DNA of 64,000 nucleotides, from positions 16,793 through 80,792 of IMG/VR virus record IMGVR_UViG_3300034378_000186; one strand, given 5' to 3'. The notes under the pieces were generated by a model. The model did not search any database and was not told the origin of the DNA. It saw only the letters and a program-made list of their open reading frames with translations. Position numbers and translations under genes: made by a program. The DNA is from a virus. Shown piece after piece: positions 38,855-48,012 of this stretch (its first letter is position 1; each line of letters starts with the position of its first letter).

Positions 38855-39436
38855 ATGAAAATATATTATACAACATCAGTTGGAACAGATGAAGAACAGA
38901 AGAATGCAAAACTTTCTTTAGGAGGTTTTAGATCTTCTTCAGTGGTTCCTAATTTAAGAATAGGAAATCTTTTTGGGGATATATCTGAGTATACAATTCA
39001 GATAGATCGTGATCAATATATTGCCCTGATGATAAGAAATGAAACAGAGGCGGATATAACAAATCTAAAGCTACATTTTGAATATCCAATAGACGATGAA
39101 GATAATAATATTTCTGATACTTTATTTAAAATTGGAGCTGTTGAGCCTGGTGATGTTGATGGAGAAGAATATATTGAAAGATTACAAGATTTTTATTCAG
39201 CTCCTTATTCAGTAGATTTTCATGAGGCAGATGGAATTGCAAATCAGGTCCTTTTAGGGGATCTTGCAAATAATACTTCCTTTGGATTATTTTTTTGTAG
39301 ATCTTTAAAAAAAGATAAAATTTTGGAGGATTATCAAAATATGATTGAGAAGGATGAACCTGATAATTCTAATATTTATAGACAAAATGAACTACCTACA
39401 AAAGATGAAATCAAAATTGTTTTAAACTGGGATTAA
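38855..39436 (+). CDS. Hypothetical structural protein
   Basis: SLGGFRSSS-VPN...NLFGDIS; last gene of tail operon. Confidence 0.5.
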   Translation: MKIYYTTSVGTDEEQKNAKLSLGGFRSSSVVPNLRIGNLFGDISEYTIQIDRDQYIALMIRNETEADITNLKLHFEYPIDDEDNNISDTLFKIGAVEPGDVDGEEYIERLQDFYSAPYSVDFHEADGIANQVLLGDLANNTSFGLFFCRSLKKDKILEDYQNMIEKDEPDNSNIYRQNELPTKDEIKIVLNWD

Positions 39437-39446
39437 AAAAGGTAGT

Positions 39447-39484
39447 ATATAATTTTTATATGTGGGTTTTTTTATGTATATTTG
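39447..39484 (+). promoter_or_regulatory. Phage promoter: ATATAA-ttt-TTATAT palindrome + TATATTTG
   Basis: Same motif and spacing at 47941, 51777 and 59679. Confidence 0.75.
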
Positions 39485-39496
39485 CTGTTATAATCA

Positions 39497-40033
39497 GTGG
39501 GTTATAATAGTTTTTTTGTGATTGATGAATTTTTAAAATATTACGAGGGGATTTACAGGAATGCTACAAACATGAATATTGATGTTTTTAGGAATCCCAA
39601 AAATAGGAAACTTGTTAGTAATCTTCTGGAAAGATTAAATAATTTATACCCAAGCATAGATGGTAAATTTCTTTTTGATTTTATAATACTTCAATTTAAT
39701 CATTATGAAAATTTTATATTGGCAAGAGGTAAAAATCGTTTACAGCTTTCATGGTTGGTTGGGGATAAAGCAATAGAAAGGTGGAAAAATAAAAGTGAGA
39801 ATTGGAATTATTTTAATAGGGAGTTTTGCAAAAAATATAGGATTAAGGCTCCTGAAAAAAAATATCAGGTAAATGAAGAAGGTAGAAAAGAATTTAGAAG
39901 CAGAGAAAGGAAAAGATTTTATAACACTGAAAGGGGATTAATTCATTGTATGGAATTAGAATTATTTGAAAGTCTGAATAGTCAGTGTTTAGAATGTAAT
40001 TATAAGAATATTTGCAATGGAAAAAGTAATTGA
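39497..40033 (+). CDS. Hypothetical protein
   Basis: 178-aa ORF after promoter; C-terminal Cys cluster. Confidence 0.55.
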   Translation: MGYNSFFVIDEFLKYYEGIYRNATNMNIDVFRNPKNRKLVSNLLERLNNLYPSIDGKFLFDFIILQFNHYENFILARGKNRLQLSWLVGDKAIERWKNKSENWNYFNREFCKKYRIKAPEKKYQVNEEGRKEFRSRERKRFYNTERGLIHCMELELFESLNSQCLECNYKNICNGKSN

Positions 40034-40433
40034 TAAATGTTCTAAATGTGGAAATAAAAGGGTAATTGTTAATAAGAAATATTATTTGTGTGATGAATGT
40101 AATTACTTTAGACTCCATGGGGAAACGAAATATGATTCATTTCGTAGAAAACAGAGGGAACAGAATAAGAAGAGGAAGCATAAGAAAACCGGGGAATGGG
40201 AATTGTTCATGGAAATATGGGCAGAAAGAGAACATAAATGCCATAATTGTGGGATAAGAATTTTTGTACCAAAACCAATAAATTTTATGCATAAGAAAAG
40301 TAAAGGGGCTTCTCCAAGTTTAAGACTGAAAAAAAGTAATATAGAAATTGTTTGTAGGGATTGTCATTATGCGTATGATTTTCAGGGGATGGATAAGTAT
40401 AACGAAAGAAAAGATTTATATGACGGAGCGTAA
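40017..40433 (+). CDS. HNH/zinc-finger endonuclease-like protein
   Basis: CSKCG, CDEC, CHNCG...NFMHKKSKG...NIEIVCRDCHYAYD. Confidence 0.7.
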   Translation: MEKVIDKCSKCGNKRVIVNKKYYLCDECNYFRLHGETKYDSFRRKQREQNKKRKHKKTGEWELFMEIWAEREHKCHNCGIRIFVPKPINFMHKKSKGASPSLRLKKSNIEIVCRDCHYAYDFQGMDKYNERKDLYDGA

Positions 40434-40470
40434 AACCAATTCATCGCTTTAGCGTGGGTGGGTAATTCAC
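40420..40470 (+). mobile_element. 51-bp minimal IS200/IS605 derivative of family 1 (left end fused to right end)
   Basis: 40414-40457 identical to 17581-17624 (44 bp, including TTTAT); ends GGGTGGGTAATTCAC; removal restores DLYR-stop with TAATG coupling. Confidence 0.9.
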
Positions 40471-40477
40471 ATAGATA

Positions 40478-41029
40478 ATGGATAGAAAAAAGATAAAAAA
40501 GGTCACTGATCAATATGATGCTTTAATAGGAGAAGGATTTCCTATTTCTCCTGTTGCAAAATCAGAAGTGGAAATAATTAAAGAATTAAGGGAAATATTT
40601 AAGAAAGTAAATTTTCATAATATAGTTTCAATCCTTGATGGATATAAAGATAAAGCTGATGAGGAAATCTCAAATGATTTATTGGAATTTAATACTAATT
40701 TTGAAAGTAATGTAAATGAAAATGAGGAAGAACCTCAGGAAGGTAGGGGTACTTCTGGTGGAAATATATTCACCAGGGTATTTATTAGAATTTTAGGAGG
40801 CCTGTATGAATTATCCTATATTTATAGTGTGGATAGGGAAAATAAATATGAAAATGAAGATAATTGTTATGTTTATTATATTATTCTGAATGAAATAGAA
40901 GATACAGGTAACAGATCTCTTTTTTATGCAAATAAGAGATTTAAGTTTTATAATGAGGAAGAAAGGGATGATGTTTATAATAGGATAGATAGAAATATCT
41001 CTTCAGAAAGAAACATCAAAATAATTTAA
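40478..41029 (+). CDS. Hypothetical protein
   Basis: 183-aa ORF in operon. Confidence 0.55.
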   Translation: MDRKKIKKVTDQYDALIGEGFPISPVAKSEVEIIKELREIFKKVNFHNIVSILDGYKDKADEEISNDLLEFNTNFESNVNENEEEPQEGRGTSGGNIFTRVFIRILGGLYELSYIYSVDRENKYENEDNCYVYYIILNEIEDTGNRSLFYANKRFKFYNEEERDDVYNRIDRNISSERNIKII

Positions 41030-41040
41030 AATCGATAGTT

Positions 41041-41259
41041 ATGGGAAATATTATAAAAGAAAATTTGAATCTAACAGGGATGGTAAAATTTCTGAATGAA
41101 AAATTTGGGAATAAAAAAACAGGAAAGAAATTTACTACTCAGGATGTTCAGCAATATATTGAATTAGGATCTCTTCCTAAATATCTTGGATTGTATGATA
41201 TTGAAAGGGTAAAAGGGATTCATTCAGTAAAATTATATAATATTATTAAAAGAAATTAA
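41041..41259 (+). CDS. Small putative DNA-binding protein
   Basis: 72 aa basic; FTTQDVQQYIELGSLP resembles an HTH/excisionase-like motif. Confidence 0.45.
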   Translation: MGNIIKENLNLTGMVKFLNEKFGNKKTGKKFTTQDVQQYIELGSLPKYLGLYDIERVKGIHSVKLYNIIKRN

Positions 41260-41305
41260 TATAAACTACCCATCGGCTAAAGACCGAATGGGTTTTAGAC
41301 AATAA

Positions 41306-42394
41306 CTAAGAATGCAAAGAGCAATACATAATCTGTCTTTCAGGCGTGTTTATAGCCGCCCCAAGCAAAGAGATAACCTTAGAAGCATTAAAATCTGCAT
41401 CAATGGTATCTACTTCACAATTTGTGTTGGTGCATTTAAACACCTTGTTGGTTCGTTTTCCAATATGTTTACAAGAGCTGCACGTCTGCGAAGTATAGGC
41501 AGGTGGTACAACGATGCATTTCACACCATTAAGCAAAGCTTTGTATTCAATATACTGTCTAAGCATAGAGAAATTCCATTTACCAAGTTTAGTCCGAAAC
41601 TTCTTGTTTCTTTTTTTACTTGTAAATCGGATTCCAGTAAGGTCTTCAATAGCGATTCCCTTGCCTTGCTCCTTAGCAGATTGAACAATAGATTTTGCGA
41701 TAGTGTGATTAACAATTTGGGCGTGCGTTTTCTCCCTTCCCGAAAGCCTTTTCAAAAGTCGTTTAGAACTTCTTGTGCATTTGGACTGGATAGAACTCCG
41801 AACCTTTTGACGTTTTTCCTTATACCTATTAAGGGAGTTGTTGGTGTGTTTCTCACCATCACTTGTTTCAACAATAGATGTGATGCCGAAATCCACTCCC
41901 GTAAATTCGGAAACATCTTTAATATCTACATCTGGAATATCAACACATTGAAACAAGAAAAATTTCCCTTTCCTGTAGATAAGGTCGGCCTCCCCTTTTA
42001 TGTATGGAAGATACTTTTTGTTGAAACATTTAAAAGGTATTTTTTGTCTGCCACCAATACACCATATAGAAACAATGTCTTTTTTGTAGGTAAGAATCCT
42101 ACTGTCATAAGTAATTGCTCCAAAAGGCTTGAAAACACGTTTTTTCTTCCTATCAAGTTTATAAGCATCGTTCACTTTTGCGATGGCACGAACAATTACT
42201 TGTGCAGAAAGATTAGAGTTTTCCTTGATTTGATGGTAAACAAGTTTATGTATTTTGAACTGATTAAAAACTTTGTTTTCCCAAGCTATATTAGAAATAG
42301 CGTTGCAACTTTTATTCACCGATTTAATGGTGTTAAGGAGCATCTGTTTATGTTCTTCCGTGGGTTCAAGTTTTATTTTAAGAGTCAAAACCAT
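41306..42394 (-). CDS. tnpB: TnpB RNA-guided nuclease, catalytic triad intact (ATG at 42394)
   Basis: LTLKIKLEP N-terminus; GVDFG, IAIEDL, AYTSQTCSSC, FKC...C, DADFNAS. Confidence 0.92.
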   Translation of the reverse strand: MVLTLKIKLEPTEEHKQMLLNTIKSVNKSCNAISNIAWENKVFNQFKIHKLVYHQIKENSNLSAQVIVRAIAKVNDAYKLDRKKKRVFKPFGAITYDSRILTYKKDIVSIWCIGGRQKIPFKCFNKKYLPYIKGEADLIYRKGKFFLFQCVDIPDVDIKDVSEFTGVDFGITSIVETSDGEKHTNNSLNRYKEKRQKVRSSIQSKCTRSSKRLLKRLSGREKTHAQIVNHTIAKSIVQSAKEQGKGIAIEDLTGIRFTSKKRNKKFRTKLGKWNFSMLRQYIEYKALLNGVKCIVVPPAYTSQTCSSCKHIGKRTNKVFKCTNTNCEVDTIDADFNASKVISLLGAAINTPERQIMYCSLHS

Positions 42395-42398
42395 AAGG

Positions 42399-42406
42399 CA
42401 AATATA
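42399..42406 (-). promoter_or_regulatory. Bacteroidota -7 element TATATTTG for tnpB2
   Basis: Matches TAnnTTTG, 4 nt before ATG. Confidence 0.7.
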
Positions 42407-42504
42407 CAAAATATTTCTATATTTGAAAATTATTATTTAACCAAAGGGAGAGCCACTTTCCTCCCATCGACACTTTGTGACCAATGGGTTTCCGTGGCAG
42501 TTTT

Positions 42505-43122
42505 ATGAAATTTGAGGCTAATTTTTTAACATTTGACCTGGAAACAGGGGGTTTAAAATCTGAAGAAAACCCTGTTTTGGAAGTTGCATTTTTTGCAATG
42601 GATAAAGATCTTAATGAGATCGATAGTTATAATAGTTTGATAAAACCTTATGGTAAACTAAAAATCACAGATGGTGCTTTAAAGGCCAATGGATTAAATT
42701 TAGAAACATTGGAAGAGAAAGGGAAAGAATGTAAAGAAGTAGCAGAAGATTTAGTTCAATTTTTTATAAAACATAAAAAAAGGAAAACATTACCTATTTT
42801 ATGTGGGCATAACATTGAACATTTTGATATTCCTTTTTTGGACCAATTTATGAATTTTTGTGGTAAAGATATTTCAAAGTTGGTTAATAATGATTTTATA
42901 ATTGACACATTATGGTGGAGTAGAATAAGATGGGTTGAATCCATTAATTATAAATTGGTAACCTGTTGTGATAATGCAGGGATAGAATTAATAAATGCTC
43001 ATAGGGCTGTTGCTGATACTAAAGCAAATCAAGAATTAGTTAGGTATTTTCTGAATAGTTTAAGATCTGGTCAATCATCAACAGTAATAGAAAAAAGATT
43101 TAGGGAAGAATTTGAATTTTAA
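42505..43122 (+). CDS. DEDDh 3'-5' exonuclease (DnaQ/epsilon-like)
   Basis: FDLETGG, CGHNIEHFDIPFL, IDTL, AHRAVADT. Confidence 0.9.
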   Translation: MKFEANFLTFDLETGGLKSEENPVLEVAFFAMDKDLNEIDSYNSLIKPYGKLKITDGALKANGLNLETLEEKGKECKEVAEDLVQFFIKHKKRKTLPILCGHNIEHFDIPFLDQFMNFCGKDISKLVNNDFIIDTLWWSRIRWVESINYKLVTCCDNAGIELINAHRAVADTKANQELVRYFLNSLRSGQSSTVIEKRFREEFEF

Positions 43123-43125
43123 TAT

Positions 43126-43176
43126 ATAAACTACCCATCGGCTAAAGACCGAATGGGTTTCCTTGCCGAAAATACT
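43126..43176 (-). mobile_element. 51-bp minimal IS200/IS605 derivative of family 2
   Basis: First 35 bp identical to 41261-41295; abuts ATGAA (TAM TTCAT on minus strand) of the terminase start. Confidence 0.88.
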
Positions 43177-44844
43177 ATGAATCAGGACGAATCAACTATA
43201 GCATTAACAAGAAAAGAATTGAGTAATATCCTGGAATATACTTATAATTTAATTGATTTTTTACCTGATGAAGCTTTAAGTGAATTATTAGAAGGGGATG
43301 ATAAGAATGTTGATAATTTGGTAGATGATATAATGAAAGCAATTCATGAGGTATTCCATTATAATAATCATACTATCAGGAATTTTGGAGGGTTGGAACA
43401 TTTTGAAAAAAGTTTTGATGATGGATTAAAAATACTTTCTTATAATTATTTTAAAACTACAATGCTACCTAATTTTGAGCAGGGATGGAGAAATCTTGAA
43501 TGGGGGAATTTAATTCAATTATTCCCTTGGGCTGCATTTTTAGCTGCTCGTGGTCATGGTAAATCATTTGAGTTTTGTTTTGCAGCTCCATTATGGAGAA
43601 TGTGGAGATATAGAAGGCCTGGATTTTTACAGAAGGATACGATTGATAATAAGAATTCAAAAGAAACTGTAATAATTACAAATGAATCAAAACTGGCAAG
43701 AAAACACATGGAAAAAGTTAATGAGGAAATCAGAATGAATGATTTGCTTTCCAGCGTTATGATACCAGATAAAATGACAGATCTTGGAAAAGATAAGATA
43801 ATAAGTAGATCTGGATCATCTTTAGAATTCAGAACGTATCAGGGATTTATAAGGGGTCTTCATGTTGGTTGTGTATTTGTGGATGACTTTTTAGATGAAA
43901 GCTGTTTATATTCTGAAGATCAGAGATTAAAATTTCATGAGATATTTTATGGGGCAATAAAATCAATTGTGGAACCATACGGATATTTGATTGTTTCTGG
44001 AACACCATTTCATGAAGAAGATTTATATGCAAAACTGAAAACAGATCCAATATTTAAGGTTTTTGAATATCCTGCTATTATGCCTGATGGAACTTTATTG
44101 GCTCCGGATAGATTCAATTACAAATTATTAATGGATCTGAAAAAATCTTTAGGTTCAATTGTATTTACAAGGGAATATTTGGTTAAGCCTGTTAGTGATA
44201 GTTCTTCATTGTTTCCATGGGAATTTCTTAATAAATCTTTTATTGGAATGGAAAATATCTCCCTGGTAGATAATATCGAATCTTTTCCTATTAAAATGAA
44301 AAGGGTGGTGATGGGGTGTGACTTTGCCATTTCTGGTAAAATAGGGGCTGATTACTCAGTTTTTTCAGTGTGGGGTATAGATAATGATAATAATTACTAT
44401 TTATTGCACGTATGGAGAAAACAGGGGGCTTCACATAGGGAACAGGTTGATGTTATAGTAAGATTAAATCAAATGTTTAAATGCAATAAGATTAAAGCTG
44501 AAAATAATGGATTTCAAAGGATTATTGCAGAACTGGTAAAAGAGAGAGGGGTTAGAAATATTGAACCTTTTGAAACTACAGCAAAAGTAAAGAAAAATTC
44601 ATACGAGGGATTACCTTCTTTGTCAGCCATGTTTGAAAGAGGAGAAATAAAGATACCATATAAAGACGGAAAAACCAGGGAGACAGCTTTATGGTTATGT
44701 GGGGAATTTAATTCGATAACGTTTTTAGAAGATACAGGTAAATTAGAAAGTGCAGGAGGGACAGATGATGGAGCAATGTCTACCTTTTTTGCAATAACAG
44801 AACTAAGGGAGAAAAAGTCCGGTTTTCGGGTTCATCATATTTAA
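43177..44844 (+). CDS. terL: Terminase large subunit (native ATG at 43177)
   Basis: AARGHGKS Walker A, VFVDD Walker B, SGTP, FTREYL, GCDFA...ADYS, DDGAMS. Confidence 0.92.
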   Translation: MNQDESTIALTRKELSNILEYTYNLIDFLPDEALSELLEGDDKNVDNLVDDIMKAIHEVFHYNNHTIRNFGGLEHFEKSFDDGLKILSYNYFKTTMLPNFEQGWRNLEWGNLIQLFPWAAFLAARGHGKSFEFCFAAPLWRMWRYRRPGFLQKDTIDNKNSKETVIITNESKLARKHMEKVNEEIRMNDLLSSVMIPDKMTDLGKDKIISRSGSSLEFRTYQGFIRGLHVGCVFVDDFLDESCLYSEDQRLKFHEIFYGAIKSIVEPYGYLIVSGTPFHEEDLYAKLKTDPIFKVFEYPAIMPDGTLLAPDRFNYKLLMDLKKSLGSIVFTREYLVKPVSDSSSLFPWEFLNKSFIGMENISLVDNIESFPIKMKRVVMGCDFAISGKIGADYSVFSVWGIDNDNNYYLLHVWRKQGASHREQVDVIVRLNQMFKCNKIKAENNGFQRIIAELVKERGVRNIEPFETTAKVKKNSYEGLPSLSAMFERGEIKIPYKDGKTRETALWLCGEFNSITFLEDTGKLESAGGTDDGAMSTFFAITELREKKSGFRVHHI

Positions 44845-44891
44845 TTTTTTGGTATATTTAATTGGTTACAGGTAATAATAATATTTGAAAA

Positions 44892-46301
44892 ATGGGAGAA
44901 TTTTTGACTTCAGATTTCCTTTCGGAATTTTTAAAATTATGTTTTTTAAAGAGTTCAGTAATTGAAATAGCAAAAAGGTTTTTAAAATATCAATATATCC
45001 CTTCTGAATTGGAAGAGGTAAAATTGATATATAAATCCATAACCACTTATTATGACGTGAATAATAAGTTACCTTCCTATGGTTATGTAAGTCAACAGTA
45101 TTCAAATAATATAAAAGTACAGGAATATCTTCAAAAAATAAAGGCCACAAAAACTCCAAATATAGATCAGGTATTATTGCAATTGGAAGATTATATTAAA
45201 AAGGTAAGATTTCAGTTATTATATGAGGAAGTAAAAGAATTATACAATAAAGATAAACAGGATGATGCAATTGAATTAAGTGCTAAAGAAAGTGAGGAGA
45301 TTGTTAGATTTAATCTGAAGATGGAGAGTGGTAGGTTTATGAAAGTTTTTGAGGATTTTGAAGAAACTTTGAAGGATAAACAGATGAAAAGTCAGAGTGG
45401 AGATTTTGATCATGATAAAGTCCCTACTGGAATAACTTTATTAGATGAAGAAATTCATGGAGGTATTGATGTAACTGACACCATGTGTTTTTTAGGTAGA
45501 AGTGGGGAAGGGAAATCTACTTTATTAAAATATATAGGGGTTTATGCTTGTAGATTGGGGTATGATGTTTTACATATTCAAGCTGAGGGAAGCAAAGATG
45601 AGGCTTTTGATAAATATACTCAGGCTTGGTCTGCTTTAAATTATACCACTATTAAATATGGTAATTTGAATTCTGAAATGCTTAATAGGGTTAATAAGGT
45701 TGTTCAGGGGATGAAAGCCAGGGAAAAAGATATATATATTTATGCTTTTGAGATGTTTGATGAGGCAACCTGTGTTGATGTAAGGAATCTTATTTTGGAA
45801 TATGAAAAGATAAAAGGAAAATTTCCAGATCTTATAATTCTTGATTCTTTAGATTTGATTCATCCTGGTGATGGATTAAAATATGGGGTTGATACTAATT
45901 CAATAAAATATAAAAAAGAAAATACCAGTAAAAAGATTAAGAATATGGCTACTGAATTTAGGACCAGATTTGTAACTGCAGATCAGGCTGATAATGTTCC
46001 AAAAGATCAATGGAATGATCCTGAATTTATAATGACCAGAAATAATATTAGTGGGGCGAAAAATTTGGCAAATGCCTTTAGTTATTTTATTACAATAAAT
46101 AGAACTGAATCTGAGGCAGAATCAGAAGTATTAAGATTGTATTTTGATAAATTGAGAAATTATTTTCCTCAAAATAGAATTTTAAGGGTTGCAACTAATT
46201 TTGCCCATGGCAGGTTTTATGATCCTCAGGAAACAAAGAAAATGAATATGGGTAGAGTTTCACCTAATGGTCCAAGGGTAAAAAGTTTAAGAGATGATTA
46301 A
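44892..46301 (+). CDS. DnaB-like replicative helicase
   Basis: VPTGITLLD, GRSGEGKST, LIILDSLD, FVTADQ, DKLRN. Confidence 0.88.
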   Translation: MGEFLTSDFLSEFLKLCFLKSSVIEIAKRFLKYQYIPSELEEVKLIYKSITTYYDVNNKLPSYGYVSQQYSNNIKVQEYLQKIKATKTPNIDQVLLQLEDYIKKVRFQLLYEEVKELYNKDKQDDAIELSAKESEEIVRFNLKMESGRFMKVFEDFEETLKDKQMKSQSGDFDHDKVPTGITLLDEEIHGGIDVTDTMCFLGRSGEGKSTLLKYIGVYACRLGYDVLHIQAEGSKDEAFDKYTQAWSALNYTTIKYGNLNSEMLNRVNKVVQGMKAREKDIYIYAFEMFDEATCVDVRNLILEYEKIKGKFPDLIILDSLDLIHPGDGLKYGVDTNSIKYKKENTSKKIKNMATEFRTRFVTADQADNVPKDQWNDPEFIMTRNNISGAKNLANAFSYFITINRTESEAESEVLRLYFDKLRNYFPQNRILRVATNFAHGRFYDPQETKKMNMGRVSPNGPRVKSLRDD

Positions 46302-47274
46302 TCCAGATAAAATAAAAGAAGAATTAAATTTGAAACCTTTTGGAGCAAAAGGATGGTGGGGTAATAAGAATTTAAAATGTCTTAAATGTGGAAGAGGTGA
46401 TAAACTTGGAATTAAGTTTACAGATAAAGGAGGGGTAGTTCATTGTTTTTATGAAATAGGAGAAGGGGTTTCTATTTACAAATATTTGAGGGAAATTGGA
46501 AGGGATGATTTAATATTAACTGAACCTAAAATAAGAAAGGCTGAATTTAAAATTGAAGATCTAAAAAAAGAAAAAGAATTAGATCTGGAATTACCAGAGA
46601 AAAAATTACCAAGGGGATTTAAAAGGATTTATTTTGATGGATATTTAGATGATAGGGGATTTGAACCTCATCAATATAATCAGTTTAATATTGGGATTAG
46701 TACAGATTATTTGTTAAAAGGATATTTAGTGTTTTTATTAAAACAGGAAGATAAAGTTGTAGGATGGGTTGCCAGAAGTAAAATGGAAAAGGAATGGCAT
46801 GAGGAAAATTTAAAAAAATTTAAAGAGGGGGAAGAAGGTTTAGTATTAAGATATAGAAATAGTAAGAATACAGATTTTAATAAAATATTAGGAGGGTTTG
46901 ATGAAATAACGGAAAACACAGAAGAAATTTGGATCGTAGAAGGAATATTTGATAAATCAAATTTGGATAATATTTATGGGTTGAATTCCCAGGAAAAAAT
47001 AAAGTGTTGTTTTACATTTGGAAATAGGGTTACAGATCATCACCTGAGATTATTAAAGAAAAAAACCAATGTTAAGAAAATTATAATGTTGTATGATTTT
47101 GGAACCACAAAACAAACAAAGAAACATAGCCTTCAGTTATCAAAGAATTTTGAGGTGATGATTGGTGAGTTTAAAGATGAAAATGTTGATGCAGGGAATG
47201 CTGATCGTGAATATATGGATGAAATATTTTTAAATGTCAAAAATTATTTTTATTTTTATAAAAATAGAATTTAG
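46294..47274 (+). CDS. DNA primase (Zn finger + TOPRIM)
   Basis: CLKCG...HCF, YLDDRG, GWVAR, RYRNS, IVEGIFD, MLYD. Confidence 0.85.
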   Translation: MINPDKIKEELNLKPFGAKGWWGNKNLKCLKCGRGDKLGIKFTDKGGVVHCFYEIGEGVSIYKYLREIGRDDLILTEPKIRKAEFKIEDLKKEKELDLELPEKKLPRGFKRIYFDGYLDDRGFEPHQYNQFNIGISTDYLLKGYLVFLLKQEDKVVGWVARSKMEKEWHEENLKKFKEGEEGLVLRYRNSKNTDFNKILGGFDEITENTEEIWIVEGIFDKSNLDNIYGLNSQEKIKCCFTFGNRVTDHHLRLLKKKTNVKKIIMLYDFGTTKQTKKHSLQLSKNFEVMIGEFKDENVDAGNADREYMDEIFLNVKNYFYFYKNRI

Positions 47275-47301
47275 GTAAAAGTAATTTTAAAAACATTCGT
47301 T

Positions 47302-47805
47302 TTGGGTAAATCTCGGGATATTTCTATTCATGATTATTATTCATTGTTACAGATTGAATATTTGAATTATTTATGCAGGTATAAGATATATAAAAGAGAA
47401 GAAGATATTAAAAAATTCAGTGATATTTGTATAAAAAAAAGGGAAAAGATTGAAAGCATAAGTAAAAAAAACAATCTTCTTTCCATATTTAATTCAGAAG
47501 AATACAAGAAAAAATATATTGAAAAGTTTTTAAATGAATGGGGATTACCTAATTTTCACTATAGGGATGATTATCAAAAAAAGGTTAAGGGTCATTGGGA
47601 TAAAGTTTATTTCTTATTTAGAGGGGGGAAAGTTGAAGTAAAAATTGGGGGTTCTATTATTTTAGCTACTATTAAATATTTAGATTATGAATCTGATTAT
47701 ATAGATTTAGTAGTAGAAGAAGAAGAAAGAAAATATCAGCATAAAACATATATTAATAATATTCGCAGGGTTTTACCAGATGATTTTTTTAAAACTTTCT
47801 TATAA
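47302..47805 (+). CDS. Hypothetical protein
   Basis: 167-aa ORF with TTG start. Confidence 0.55.
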   Translation: MGKSRDISIHDYYSLLQIEYLNYLCRYKIYKREEDIKKFSDICIKKREKIESISKKNNLLSIFNSEEYKKKYIEKFLNEWGLPNFHYRDDYQKKVKGHWDKVYFLFRGGKVEVKIGGSIILATIKYLDYESDYIDLVVEEEERKYQHKTYINNIRRVLPDDFFKTFL

Positions 47806-47909
47806 TAGATAATTATTCAGAACCTAAAATAATTGACTCAAAAAGCTCTGGAGTCACTGATAATATTAGTTTTCAGAAGTTTCAATCCAAAAAAGACTAT
47901 TTATAATTG

Positions 47910-47978
47910 ATATAAATTGCATTTTTTTCAAAAAAATGCCATATAATTTTTATATATAAAGAAAAATTAGTATATTTG
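47910..47978 (+). promoter_or_regulatory. Phage promoter: ATATAAATTG box + palindrome (47941-47955) + TATATTTG (47971-47978)
   Basis: Conserved motif and spacing across four intergenic regions. Confidence 0.75.
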
Positions 47979-48012
47979 TAATTGATAAGTCTAACAAATA
48001 AAAATTAAAATT

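Larger units (their letters stand above)
41261..42504 (-). mobile_element. IS200/IS605-family TnpB element 2 (no tnpA); TAM TTCAT; ends uncertain by 2 nt
   Basis: Subterminal hairpins CCCATCGG-CTAAAGA-CCGAATGGG and CCCATCGACAC...GTGACCAATGGG; removal gives TAA-T-ATGAAA joining two phage genes. Confidence 0.88.
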
